Source: Nitrospina sp.
Lineage (GTDB): Bacteria; Nitrospinota; Nitrospinia; Nitrospinales; Nitrospinaceae
Reading direction: 5' to 3'
Length of the DNA stretch: 43,823 nucleotides
Assembly: GCA_004357435.1 (NCBI GenBank)
Contig: SMVS01000043.1
Coordinates: forward strand, 1-43,823
Positions 19,131 to 28,292 of this stretch are shown piece after piece. The first letter of the stretch is position 1. Each line of letters opens with the position of its first letter. The position numbers were made by a program, and so were the translations under genes. The notes beneath the pieces were generated by a model. The model was given only the letters and a program-made list of their open reading frames with translations. It searched no databases and was not told the DNA's origin.

Positions 19131-19652
19131 TTACTTGTTAAAATAGTTTTCAAGCGTGGACACCATGTCCGCAATTTTGGATTTAACTTTTTCACTCATC
19201 AAGCCTTCTTCGTCATAATCCTCATAACTGCTGTAAACGGTGGGTTGGATTACGGTGACCTGAGATTCGTACGCCAGAATTTTACTCAACTCGGCGGAAG
19301 CCATGTACGAACGGTTGCCGCCGGCGTTGCAAAGGATTCCCGCGATTTTGTTCTCCATCGCCCCGGAAGTGATGTCGATGAAATTTTTTAGCGGCCCCGA
19401 AACGGAAAAACAATACACCGGCATTCCAAAAATGAAAGCCCGCGCCTGATCGAGTTTTTTGTAAGCGTTTTGCATGTCCCGGTTGTATTCCTTTAAAGAC
19501 CTGCCGTCGCAAAACTGCAGGTCAAGATCACGCAAATCCAGAGTCTCATGTTCGAGATGACGCCGTTCCAGTGCCTGCCCGGTTTCCCGCACCAGGATGG
19601 CGGTCCGCGAATCCTTCGACAAGCTCCCTTGAATCATCAATATTTTTGCCAT
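19131..19652 (-). CDS. NAD(P)H-dependent FMN reductase family protein
   Basis: MAKILMIQGSLSKDSRT...FIFGMPVYCFSVSGPLKNFID is a flavodoxin-like FMN reductase pattern. A 3-nt gap separates it from the GNAT gene. Confidence 0.8.
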   Translation of the reverse strand: MAKILMIQGSLSKDSRTAILVRETGQALERRHLEHETLDLRDLDLQFCDGRSLKEYNRDMQNAYKKLDQARAFIFGMPVYCFSVSGPLKNFIDITSGAMENKIAGILCNAGGNRSYMASAELSKILAYESQVTVIQPTVYSSYEDYDEEGLMSEKVKSKIADMVSTLENYFNK

Positions 19653-19683
19653 TTGGAATTTTCCTGAATACGGGGTGATGGAA

Positions 19684-20892
19684 TTATTTTTTTAAAACGT
19701 CCTCGAGCCGCTCTAGGGCCCAGTCGATGTCCGCCTTTTGAATGATCAGGGGCGGCGCGATGCGCAGGATGTGGGTGTGGGTTTCCTTGCACAATAAACC
19801 TTTGTCCTTGAGAGATTCGCAAAACCGGCGCGCTCCGCCTGCCTCGGGCAACAGTTCAATGCCGATCAACAAACCTCTGCCTCGCACTTCTTTGATGTGC
19901 GGTGACTTTATCTGCCGCAGTCGGTCTAAAAAATAAGATCCCATGGCGGCGGCATTGTCGACCAGGTTTTCGTCCACGATGACTTGCAATGCCGCGCGGG
20001 CCACGGCGCAAGCCAATGGATTGCCGCCAAAGGTACTGCCATGGTCGCCCGGTTTGAAGACGCCTAGCACCTCCTGGTTGGAGAGCACTGCTGATACGGG
20101 ATAGAACCCGCCCGACAAAGCCTTGCCAATTATGGTCAGGTCGGATTCGATGCCGTCATGTTCTTCGGCGAACAATTTACCGGTGCGTCCCAACCCGGTC
20201 TGGATTTCATCTAGCACCAGCATCACGTTGTTTTCATCACAGATTTGTCTGACTTTTTTAAGATACCCTTCCGGTGGGATGATGATGCCGCCTTCGCCTT
20301 GGATGGGCTCGACCAGAAAGGCGACGGTGTTGGGCGTGATGGCTTTCGCAAGGGCTGACGCATCGCCGAATGGAATGATTTTGAATCCCGGCGTGAAGGG
20401 GGCGTAGCCCCGGCGGTATTGTTCTTCCGTGCTGAATCCCACGATGGTCAGGGTCCGGCCATGAAAATTGTTGGCGCAGACGATAATTTCCGCCTGACCG
20501 TCCGGAACCTTTTTAACTTCATACCCCCATTTGCGCACGGCCTTGATGGCCGATTCGACCGCCTCGGCGCCGCTGTTCATCGGCAACACCGAATGCGAAC
20601 GGGTGAGTTCGCAGATTTCCTTATAAAACAGCCCCAGCTGATCATTGCGGAAGGCGCGCGACACCAGGGTCAGTTTCCTGGCCTGCTCGGTCAACGCTTT
20701 CAGGATTCGGGGATGACAGTGGCCTTGGTTGAGTGCGGAGTAGGCGGATAAACAATCCAGGTAGCGTTGGCCCGCCACGTCCCAGACCCAAATTCCTTCG
20801 CCGCGAACCAGCACCACATCCAGAGGCTGGTAGTTGTTTGCCCCAAACCGGTTTTCGAGTTCGATCAAATCCGCAGGACTCATGATAACCAA
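19684..20892 (-). CDS. rocD: ornithine--oxo-acid aminotransferase
   Basis: [55 protein letters not shown] and [12 protein letters not shown] are typical of OAT-class class-III aminotransferases. Confidence 0.88.
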   Translation of the reverse strand: MVIMSPADLIELENRFGANNYQPLDVVLVRGEGIWVWDVAGQRYLDCLSAYSALNQGHCHPRILKALTEQARKLTLVSRAFRNDQLGLFYKEICELTRSHSVLPMNSGAEAVESAIKAVRKWGYEVKKVPDGQAEIIVCANNFHGRTLTIVGFSTEEQYRRGYAPFTPGFKIIPFGDASALAKAITPNTVAFLVEPIQGEGGIIIPPEGYLKKVRQICDENNVMLVLDEIQTGLGRTGKLFAEEHDGIESDLTIIGKALSGGFYPVSAVLSNQEVLGVFKPGDHGSTFGGNPLACAVARAALQVIVDENLVDNAAAMGSYFLDRLRQIKSPHIKEVRGRGLLIGIELLPEAGGARRFCESLKDKGLLCKETHTHILRIAPPLIIQKADIDWALERLEDVLKK

Positions 20893-21007
20893 TTGTAATT
20901 AAAGGTTGAAAACTAACTCCTACTGTCTTAATATATCATTATTCCTTACGGATTAAAGGGATATTGCCCGAACCGGTCGCGAACGCAACGGCTGGAATAA
21001 ATTGAAA

Positions 21008-21035
21008 TTGATAAAATAAGGGATTATTGTATAAT
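21008..21035 (+). promoter_or_regulatory. candidate sigma70-type promoter for 21075-22031
   Basis: TTGATA (21008-21013), a 16-nt spacer, then TATAAT (21030-21035), about 40 nt upstream of the ATG. Confidence 0.4.
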
Positions 21036-21074
21036 CCATAAATACCTTACCAACCATATTTTAGAGACCCACTT

Positions 21075-22031
21075 ATGGCAATCGATAGCAAAGAATTGGA
21101 AGCAACGATGCCGGCAACCGAGCTCGATTGGACGGAGGACGCCAAGGCCCGGATGCTGAATGTGCCCTTTTTCGTGCGTAAAAGTGTGGTGCGGGGTATC
21201 GAAACGTTTGCAAAAGAAAAGAACATTGAACTGATCGATGACGATTTCGTTTCCCGCGCGCGGCAGGAAAGGGAAGGCGATGCGATTGCCAAAATGCAGG
21301 CTGATAAAAAAGCCAAGGCCGAGGCCAACGGGGGCAAGGCCACCCGCCGTCAATTTGTCAATTTTGCGTTTTACAAATTAGATCCGGCCTTCCGGCGTTT
21401 ACCCGATGAAGAGCGGGACCAAGGCAAGCGTGAGTTTCTGAGTTTACTCGAGGAATATGACGGCAGTGACGACATGATCCTTTTGAGCTATTCGACCATG
21501 GGACTTCGCACCGACGCGGAGCTGATGCTCTGGAGAATTTCCTACAAACTGGAAGATTTTCAGGCAATGTCCACGAAGATGTTTAGAACGGGTCTGGGTA
21601 AATACCTCACCCCGACCTATTCGTATTTTTCGCAAACGAAACGCTCCATGTACATGGACACTTTCAATCCGGAACACGAAGAAGACCGAACCCACATCAT
21701 CCCCGGCAAGGCCAAATATCTTTTCATCTACCCCTTCACCAAGAAGCGGGAGTGGTACCTGCTTTCCCAGCACGCCCGTCAGGGAATCATGGATGAACAT
21801 ATTTATATTGGCAATCAGTATCCTTCCGTCAAACTGAACACCACCTATTCGTTTGGACTCGACGACAATGAATTTGTGGTGGCTTTTGAATCGGATTATC
21901 CTGATGACTTTCTGGATCTGGTGATGGACTTGCGGGAAACGGAAGGCAGTAAATATACCGAAAATGATACTCCCATTTTTACCTGCGTCGCGATGGCTCT
22001 TGAAGATGCTGTGAACAGCCTGGGTATTTGA
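21075..22031 (+). CDS. chlorite dismutase family protein (HemQ/ChdC-like) with N-terminal PCP-reductase-like (PF08369-type) domain
   Basis: The N-terminus LDWTEDAKARMLNVPFFVRKSVVRGIETFAKEKNIELI resembles the ChlB/BchB C-terminal domain. The remainder (FAFYKLDP..., WYLLSQHARQGIMDEHIYIG, SFGLDDNEFVVAFESDYPDDFLDLVMDLRETEGSKY) resembles the Cld/HemQ family. Confidence 0.8.
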   Translation: MAIDSKELEATMPATELDWTEDAKARMLNVPFFVRKSVVRGIETFAKEKNIELIDDDFVSRARQEREGDAIAKMQADKKAKAEANGGKATRRQFVNFAFYKLDPAFRRLPDEERDQGKREFLSLLEEYDGSDDMILLSYSTMGLRTDAELMLWRISYKLEDFQAMSTKMFRTGLGKYLTPTYSYFSQTKRSMYMDTFNPEHEEDRTHIIPGKAKYLFIYPFTKKREWYLLSQHARQGIMDEHIYIGNQYPSVKLNTTYSFGLDDNEFVVAFESDYPDDFLDLVMDLRETEGSKYTENDTPIFTCVAMALEDAVNSLGI

Positions 22032-22090
22032 AGCGACTTAAAAGCTGGCAGGGATGGCATCGAAAATAAAACAGGTGTGAAATTTATAAA

Positions 22091-22118
22091 GGCTGTCCGC
22101 AAGGGCGGCCTTTTTTTT
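22091..22118 (+). terminator. rho-independent terminator after the Cld-family gene
   Basis: An imperfect GC stem (ggctgtccgc aag ggcggcc) is followed by T8. Confidence 0.5.
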
Positions 22119-22133
22119 GGAAGGTGAATTGGG

Positions 22134-22388
22134 TTGGCACAGGAGCTTAAAAAAAAATACATCGTGGCGGGTGACGCTCTGGAACCCTGCGAGGGTGAAG
22201 TGCAATACGTCGATGCCCTGAAACTGTGCGGCCTCTATGGCATTCATCCCAGTGAGGCCATTTTAGTGGAACGGCGGCAACCCTCCTACCGGCACGTCAT
22301 TCGGAGCCATCCCGACCTGCCAGTATTGCGGCCGCGCTCCGACGGTAATTATTCCCTGGATGAACCTTGCGACGGGTCAGGCGAGTAA
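22134..22388 (+). CDS. hypothetical small protein
   Basis: 84-aa ORF with a TTG start, preceded by GGAAGGTG. Its third-position G/C bias resembles neighbouring genes. The 3' end overlaps the convergent J-domain gene by 12 nt. Confidence 0.4.
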   Translation: MAQELKKKYIVAGDALEPCEGEVQYVDALKLCGLYGIHPSEAILVERRQPSYRHVIRSHPDLPVLRPRSDGNYSLDEPCDGSGE

Positions 22389-23069
22389 CCTGCCGCGGTC
22401 CCAATTGCCCGCATACACTTCGCCGCTGGCCAAGATATGGGCGCCCTCGCCGTGCGGTAAATCTTCCATGAAATAACCGATGAACCGGTCCCCGTTGGAA
22501 TAATTATAACTCCCTCTGCCGCCCATGGCATTATCCATGAATTCCCCGCTATAGCTATCGCCGTTGGCAAATACCATTTTCCCCTGGCCGCTCATACTGC
22601 CGAAGCGAAATTGGCCCGTATACTTATCGCCGTTGGCAGAAATCAATATTCCCATGCCGTGCATCAAGCCACCCTGCAACTGACCTTCATATTTGTCCCC
22701 GTTGGGCCAGGTCCGGTAGAAGTAACCTGCGGCGTTCTTGGCCTCGGTTTCGGAAGAGGGCGGGGTGTTCGAGAAATCCGGGAAATCTTCAAAAGGGTCG
22801 CTGTCCGCATTGCTGAAGGGGCGCTGAAATTCCTGGTCCGGTTGTTCCTCAGAATACCTGTCCTTCAGGCGTTGCTTGGTGATTTCCTGGATTTTTTGGA
22901 AAGCGTCGCTGATTTTTTGAAAACGTTCCTGAGCTTTTTTCTGGATTTCCGGGTCTTCTCGATGAAAGCGGTCAGGATGCCATTTTTTGGCTTGCGTCTT
23001 GTAGGCCCGCTTCACCTCCTCCAGGGAAGCGTTCATCTTGATTTCGAGAATTTTAAAGTATTTTCGCAT
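22377..23069 (-). CDS. J-domain (DnaJ-like) protein with C-terminal MORN repeats
   Basis: YFKILEIKMNASLEEVKRAYKTQAKKWHPDRF carries the HPD motif. The C-terminus has repeated NGDKYEGQ / NGDKYTGQF / NGDSYSGEF / NGDRFIGYF / SGEVYAGNW MORN units. Confidence 0.85.
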   Translation of the reverse strand: MRKYFKILEIKMNASLEEVKRAYKTQAKKWHPDRFHREDPEIQKKAQERFQKISDAFQKIQEITKQRLKDRYSEEQPDQEFQRPFSNADSDPFEDFPDFSNTPPSSETEAKNAAGYFYRTWPNGDKYEGQLQGGLMHGMGILISANGDKYTGQFRFGSMSGQGKMVFANGDSYSGEFMDNAMGGRGSYNYSNGDRFIGYFMEDLPHGEGAHILASGEVYAGNWDRGRLLA

Positions 23070-23122
23070 GGCATCAAGGGACGGTTGGTGAAATCACCTT
23101 AAAAAATTTTGGACACTTGTGT

Positions 23123-24013
23123 TTAAGAATCGGAAACCAGTGAGCGGGTCTTTTTATCATGGGCATTAATCGGAGAGTTGTTCATATGGCTCAGGAGATC
23201 TTCCACCGTGGTCCGCAAATCCTTACGATGCACCACTTGATCGACCAACCCATGCTCCTGAAGAAACTCGGAAGTTTGAAACCCTTCCGGTAATTTCTGG
23301 TTGATAGTTTGTTGAATCACTCTGGGACCAGCAAACCCGATCAATGCCCCGGGTTCTGCAATGATGACATCTCCCAGCATCGCGAAACTGGCGGAAACAC
23401 CGCCCATGGTCGGGTCGGTTAAAATCGATATGTAGGGAAGCCTGTTTTCAGAAAGCTGGGCCAGTGAAGCGGAGGTTTTCCCCATTTGCATCAGCGAAAG
23501 AATTCCTTCCTGCATGCGGGCGCCTCCGGAACAACTGACGATGACGAGAGAACTTTTACTTTGAATGACTCGCTCAATGGCTCGGGTTATTTTCTCGCCG
23601 ACCACCGAACCCATACTGCCTCCCAAAAATTTAAAATTGAACACACACAGCTCCACCGGATGGTCCCCAATCTGGGCCGATCCGCAAATGACCGATTCCG
23701 ATCCAATTCCCAGTTTGAGAGTTGACTTGATTCGGTCCTTGTATTTTTTCTTGTCCTTGAATTTCAGAGGGTCCGAGGAACGGAGGTTTTGATCCCGTTC
23801 CACAAACGTATCGAGGTTGGCCAGCAATTGAATTCTATCGGTCACACTCATCCGAAAGTGGTAATCGCATTTGGGACAGACGTAAAGGTTCTTCGCAACG
23901 TCGATCAGCGGGAGTTCGACTTTACAGGACTTGCACTCCAGGGATGATTCCTGGGCGGAGGGTGTTTTTTTGCCTAATAAAGATTTTTCCTTAAGCTTGT
24001 CTAACCAGGACAT
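23123..24013 (-). CDS. accD: acetyl-CoA carboxylase carboxyltransferase subunit beta
   Basis: MSWLDKL..., Zn-ribbon CKSCK...CPKCDYHFRM and the carboxyltransferase motif FKFLGGSMGSVVGEKI. I prefer the ATG at 24013; the ORF track starts at 24049. Confidence 0.9.
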   Translation of the reverse strand: MSWLDKLKEKSLLGKKTPSAQESSLECKSCKVELPLIDVAKNLYVCPKCDYHFRMSVTDRIQLLANLDTFVERDQNLRSSDPLKFKDKKKYKDRIKSTLKLGIGSESVICGSAQIGDHPVELCVFNFKFLGGSMGSVVGEKITRAIERVIQSKSSLVIVSCSGGARMQEGILSLMQMGKTSASLAQLSENRLPYISILTDPTMGGVSASFAMLGDVIIAEPGALIGFAGPRVIQQTINQKLPEGFQTSEFLQEHGLVDQVVHRKDLRTTVEDLLSHMNNSPINAHDKKTRSLVSDS

Positions 24014-24115
24014 ACGGAACCCCATTGTTGGTTCAGGAAATCGTTGCAACCGTTAAAAAGCATCTTTGTTTTTATCATTTTGAATCTCACGCGCCTGGTT
24101 TCCCACCCTTCTTTG

Positions 24116-24853
24116 CTAAGGCGAAGAAGTTTTCTGAGTTTCAGACTGCTCTTTACCTTTATACATCACGACCAACGAAAGGACCGGTCCACACAGGGTA
24201 TACATAAGACTGAGGACGAACAAAGACACTCGCGGGATGGTGGCAAACACATAAAGAAAAAGTATGACGAACAGAAACCGTGTGAACGTGACCCTTCTTT
24301 TGAATTCAAATTTTTTGAACGCCGGATAGTGAATATTGCTGACCATTAAAAAGGCCAAAAGATACACCACGCAGACCATGATGATGGGGTCCAGGCGGAT
24401 GGAGAATATGTCCTCAAAAGCAATGACAATGGAGGCGATGACAGCGGCGGCGGCGGGAACGGGCAGGCCGATGAAGTGATTGCCGCTGATGTCGGGTTTG
24501 GTCACATTGAAACGGGCCAGCCGCAAGGCGCCACATAAAAGAAACAAAAAGGCCGCCATCCATCCCAGCCGGTCAAAGGGTTTGAGCACCCAGGAATAAG
24601 CCAGGAACGCTGGCGCCATGCCAAATGAAATGACATCGGCCAGGGAATCGTACTGGACTCCGAAAGCGCTGGTGGTTTTAGTCAGCCGGGCCACGCGGCC
24701 ATCCAAGGCGTCGAATACGATGGCTACAAAGATCGCCCAGGCGGCGAAATAAAAATCTTCGTTCAGCACCGCAATGAAGGCATAAAATCCGCAAAACACG
24801 TTGCCCGTCGTGAACAGGCTGGGAAGAATATAAATGCCTTTTTTTAATTCCAT
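24116..24853 (-). CDS. pssA: CDP-diacylglycerol--serine O-phosphatidyltransferase
   Basis: CDP-alcohol phosphotransferase motif DALDGRVARLTKTTSAFGVQYDSLADVISFG. Confidence 0.9.
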   Translation of the reverse strand: MELKKGIYILPSLFTTGNVFCGFYAFIAVLNEDFYFAAWAIFVAIVFDALDGRVARLTKTTSAFGVQYDSLADVISFGMAPAFLAYSWVLKPFDRLGWMAAFLFLLCGALRLARFNVTKPDISGNHFIGLPVPAAAAVIASIVIAFEDIFSIRLDPIIMVCVVYLLAFLMVSNIHYPAFKKFEFKRRVTFTRFLFVILFLYVFATIPRVSLFVLSLMYTLCGPVLSLVVMYKGKEQSETQKTSSP

Positions 24854-24881
24854 TCAGTTGCTCCTGGCGGGTGTCTGCGTT

Positions 24882-25511
24882 CTAAGGCAAATAACCTATG
24901 ACGCTTGACCCGCCGTGAACTTTATCGCCGATCGCCACTTCCAAACGGGTTCCTTCGGGAAGAAACAAATCCGTCCGGGAACCGAAACGGATGAGCCCGA
25001 ACCGTTGACCCAGCGCGTAACGGTCGCCTTCTTTTGCCTTACAGACTATGCGTCTGGCGATCAAGCCGGCGATTTGCTTGATCACTATTTTATGCTTCTC
25101 GCCCTGAATCAACAGCGCGTTTTGCTCGTTGTCGAGCGAAGCCTTGTGGCTGGCGGCATTGAAAAACTTGCCGCGATTGTACCGGACTTTTTCAATCGTT
25201 CCAGCGATCGGCACCCGGTTGACATGCACGTTGAACACGTCCAGAAAAATACTGATCCGGGTGTAGTTGCCCTCCAGCAGAGGGTCGGTTTCTTCCACAA
25301 TCGCCACGACTTTGCCGTCCGCCGGAGAAACCACGACACCGTCACCGTCAGGAATTACCCGTTCCGGATCCCTGAAAAAATTGGTGACAAATAAAAATCC
25401 CAGAAACCAGATGCCCGCCACCCCAGGCAGTCCCGCCCAGGCGAAACCCGCCGCGAGCACAGCCAGCGGCACAATGAATATATAACCTTCCGAAGCGATC
25501 GGAACTCTCAT
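24882..25511 (-). CDS. psd: phosphatidylserine decarboxylase proenzyme (short form)
   Basis: VVSPADGKVV, FLDVFNVHVNRVPIAG and LIRFGSRTDLFLP (GS cleavage motif). I prefer the ATG at 25511, which avoids overlap with ilvC. Confidence 0.85.
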   Translation of the reverse strand: MRVPIASEGYIFIVPLAVLAAGFAWAGLPGVAGIWFLGFLFVTNFFRDPERVIPDGDGVVVSPADGKVVAIVEETDPLLEGNYTRISIFLDVFNVHVNRVPIAGTIEKVRYNRGKFFNAASHKASLDNEQNALLIQGEKHKIVIKQIAGLIARRIVCKAKEGDRYALGQRFGLIRFGSRTDLFLPEGTRLEVAIGDKVHGGSSVIGYLP

Positions 25512-25524
25512 TTTATTATCCGAT

Positions 25525-26526
25525 CTATTTAATTTTTTTGCCAACGAAAGGCATCATTTTGCGCAACCGATCGCCCACCTGCTCGATCAGATGCTCGGAG
25601 TCCTTTTTAAGCAGAGCGTTGAACATCGGCCGGTTGGCCTGATTTTCAAGGATGAACTCCTTGGCAAACTCGCCGCTTTGAATTTCACCCAATATTTTTT
25701 TCATCTCTTTTCGGGTTTCATCGGTGATCAACCGCCGGCCCCGGGTGACGTCACCATAGGCGGCGGTGGTGCTGATCGAATAACGCATGTTGCCGATGCC
25801 GCCCTCGTAAATCAAGTCGACGATCAACTTGAGTTCGTGAAGGCACTCGAAGTAGGCCAAATCAGGGTTGTATCCCGCTTCCACCAAAGTGTCGAAGCCC
25901 GCGCGGATTAATTCGGTGACCCCGCCGCACAGGACCGCTTGTTCTCCAAACAGGTCGGTTTCGGTTTCTTCCCTGAAACTGGTTTCGAGCACCCCGGCCC
26001 GGGTGCCGCCGATGCCTTTAGCGTAGGCGAGCGCGATTTTCTTGGTTTTCTTTGAAACGTCCTGGTAAATGGCCATCAAACAGGGAACGCCCGCGCCCTG
26101 CTCAAACGTACGGCGTACCAGGTGGCCCGGCCCCTTGGGAGCGATCATGAAGACGTCCACAAAATCCGGCGGCACGACCTGCCCGAAATGAATGTTGAAG
26201 CCATGCCCGAAGACGAGGGCGTTGCCCTTTTTCAGATGGGGCAGGATATCGCTGACATACATCGCCCGTTGCTTGTCGTCGGGAATCAGGATCATGATGA
26301 TGTCGGACATTTTGGTGGCTTCGGCCACCGTCACAACCGTGAGGCCGTCTTTGGTGGCTCGCTTCCAGTAAGCGCTGGCCTTGCGCAGACCGACCACTAC
26401 TTTTATGCCGCTGTCGTGCAGGTTCCGCGCATGGGCGTGGCCCTGACTGCCATAACCGACAATAGCGACGGTCTTCTTTTTTAAAAGTTTTAAATCGGCA
26501 TCTTTATCGTAATATATTTTGGCCAA
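25525..26526 (-). CDS. ilvC: ketol-acid reductoisomerase
   Basis: [24 protein letters not shown]..., [11 protein letters not shown]; full-length class I KARI. Confidence 0.95.
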   Translation of the reverse strand: MAKIYYDKDADLKLLKKKTVAIVGYGSQGHAHARNLHDSGIKVVVGLRKASAYWKRATKDGLTVVTVAEATKMSDIIMILIPDDKQRAMYVSDILPHLKKGNALVFGHGFNIHFGQVVPPDFVDVFMIAPKGPGHLVRRTFEQGAGVPCLMAIYQDVSKKTKKIALAYAKGIGGTRAGVLETSFREETETDLFGEQAVLCGGVTELIRAGFDTLVEAGYNPDLAYFECLHELKLIVDLIYEGGIGNMRYSISTTAAYGDVTRGRRLITDETRKEMKKILGEIQSGEFAKEFILENQANRPMFNALLKKDSEHLIEQVGDRLRKMMPFVGKKIK

Positions 26527-26552
26527 ACCATTTTCTCCTTCATCGTTGCTTA

Positions 26553-27041
26553 TTAATTGATTGAATTCCTGCCGCGGCTCAGGGCAATTCTGCCGGACCG
26601 CACGACTTCCTTGATGCCCAGAGGTCTGAGCATTAGCAATATGCCTTTTATTTTGCCCTCGTCACCGGTGATCTCGATGGTGTAGGTGCCGGGGCTGACA
26701 TCGACCACCTTGGCGCGGAAAATTTCCACGATCCGGAGAATTTCCTCGCGGACCCGGACCTCGGCGTTCATTTTGACGAGCACCATTTCACGGTCAATGA
26801 AACTCTCATGGGTCAGGTCGACCACCTTGATGATGTCGATCAGTTTGTTCAGTTGTTTGGTGATCTGCTCGATTTTTTTTTCATCGCCGATGGTGACGAT
26901 CGTCATCCGGGAGATGTTGGGATCATTGGTCGCGGCCACGTTGAGGCTTTCAATATTGAATCCCCGGCCGCTGAACAAACCGGAAATCCGCGATAAAACG
27001 CCAAAGCGGTTGGACACCAATACGGATATGGTATGTTGCAT
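26553..27041 (-). CDS. ilvN: acetolactate synthase small (regulatory) subunit
   Basis: [33 protein letters not shown] is the ACT domain typical of IlvH/IlvN. Confidence 0.9.
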   Translation of the reverse strand: MQHTISVLVSNRFGVLSRISGLFSGRGFNIESLNVAATNDPNISRMTIVTIGDEKKIEQITKQLNKLIDIIKVVDLTHESFIDREMVLVKMNAEVRVREEILRIVEIFRAKVVDVSPGTYTIEITGDEGKIKGILLMLRPLGIKEVVRSGRIALSRGRNSIN

Positions 27042-27181
27042 TTGCTTTCGTCTTGGATTGAAGTTGAATGAAACAGAAATGCTTAACTGGCTGAATTCGC
27101 CAATATAACAGAAGAAATCTGTTTTTCCTATAAATTTGAGTGAGTTAGGGCGCTCAAAATTCTGCGGAGGACCCCATCACC

Positions 27182-27838
27182 TTGGACCCTGCCAGCCTCA
27201 GCCAGGTCATGCGACTGCTGAAAAAAGACTGCAAAAAGTGGCAAACCCCGGTGGTGGTCCACATGGGGAACGAGGGGGCGCGGCCTTTTCAAGTATTGGT
27301 CGGCGCCCTCATCAGCTCGCGGACTAAAGATGCCGTCACGGAATTAGCCGCCACCCGTCTGTTGCAACAAGCCCATGACCCCCGCCAACTGCGGTCCTGC
27401 TCGCAGAAGAAGATAAAAAAGTTAATTTATCCAGTGGCGTTTTATAAGATTAAATCTAAAGTTCTACATGAGCTATGCGTAGATTTGATTGAGCGCTTCG
27501 GCGGCGCGGTTCCGGATACATTGGGGGCGCTGTTGACACTGACAGGGGTGGGCCGGAAGACCGCCAACCTGACCCTCACCCACGGTTTTGGAAAAATGGG
27601 GATTTGTGTCGATGCCCATGTCCACCGCATCTGCAACCGCTGGGGCTATGTGAAAACCAAAACGCCCGACGCTACTGAAATGATCCTGCGGGAGAAACTA
27701 CCCAAGCGGTTCTGGAAAAACCTCAACGCGATCCTGGTGGCCTTCGGCCAGAACTGTTGCCGTCCCGTGTCCCCCTTCTGTAGCCAGTGCAGTGTCGCGC
27801 ACCATTGCCAGAAAGTTGGTGTTGTACAATCACGTTGA
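27182..27838 (+). CDS. nth: endonuclease III family DNA glycosylase (HhH-GPD with 4Fe-4S loop)
   Basis: LTGVGRKTANL (HhH), VDAHVHR, and C-x6-C-x2-C-x5-C (CRPVSPFCSQCSVAHHC). The start is uncertain: TTG 27182 or ATG 27209. Confidence 0.85.
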   Translation: MDPASLSQVMRLLKKDCKKWQTPVVVHMGNEGARPFQVLVGALISSRTKDAVTELAATRLLQQAHDPRQLRSCSQKKIKKLIYPVAFYKIKSKVLHELCVDLIERFGGAVPDTLGALLTLTGVGRKTANLTLTHGFGKMGICVDAHVHRICNRWGYVKTKTPDATEMILREKLPKRFWKNLNAILVAFGQNCCRPVSPFCSQCSVAHHCQKVGVVQSR

Positions 27839-27855
27839 TGGGGGGGTAAATAATT

Positions 27856-28265
27856 CCCCCTGCTTGAAGGGGGCCAGGGGGATTTTGCAACCACAGATGA
27901 ACACGGATGAATTCACTACAGAGAATGTGGAGGAAATAAAAATTCCTCCCCTGCCCGAGGGGAGGATACAGGAGGGGCGGGAGAGTTCTGTTATTCTGAG
28001 TGAAACGAAGAATCTGGGTTTTACTCCGGCGCCCCGATGGAAGGATTGATGTGTTCCCCTTCCTTGAAGAGGGTTATGGGGATTTGGGGTGATGGAAACT
28101 CTGGCACAGCTCATGTATGAAGGATAAGGAAGAATCACCCCCGCCCTCTTCACAAAGAGGGGGTTAAATGATCCCCCCTTCGGAGAAGGGGGGGACACAT
28201 CGACCGCCCATTAAAACGTTGAGGACAATTTAAAGTTTTCGTGTCCTGCAAAGGTCTCCTTTGCA
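27856..28265. repeat. array of six G/C-rich hairpins in the nth/rph convergent intergenic region
   Basis: Stems at 27856-27873 (ccccc/ggggg), 27945-27965 (cctcccc/ggggagg), 28056-28073, 28144-28161 (ccctctt/aagaggg), 28173-28193 (ccccccttc/gaagggggg) and 28247-28265 (tgcaaagg/cctttgca). The units at 27854-27886 and 28055-28085 share a ~30-nt motif, tCCCC.T.CTTGAAG.GGG..A.GGGGATTT. Confidence 0.65.
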
Positions 28266-28292
28266 ACGGCTAAAAGGGCTGCCCCTCCATGG

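Noticed and set aside
27792-28198. The ORFs 27792-28049 (+, 85 aa) and 27830-28198 (-, 122 aa) as genes.
   Set aside because: They run through the palindromic G/C hairpins and translate to low-complexity PLxxGG-type strings. The first overlaps the nth 3' end. They have no RBS and no family resemblance.
27856-28265. The hairpin cluster as a CRISPR array.
   Set aside because: The repeats are short, non-identical and irregularly spaced (about 20-110 nt). There is no constant repeat/spacer periodicity and there are no cas genes.
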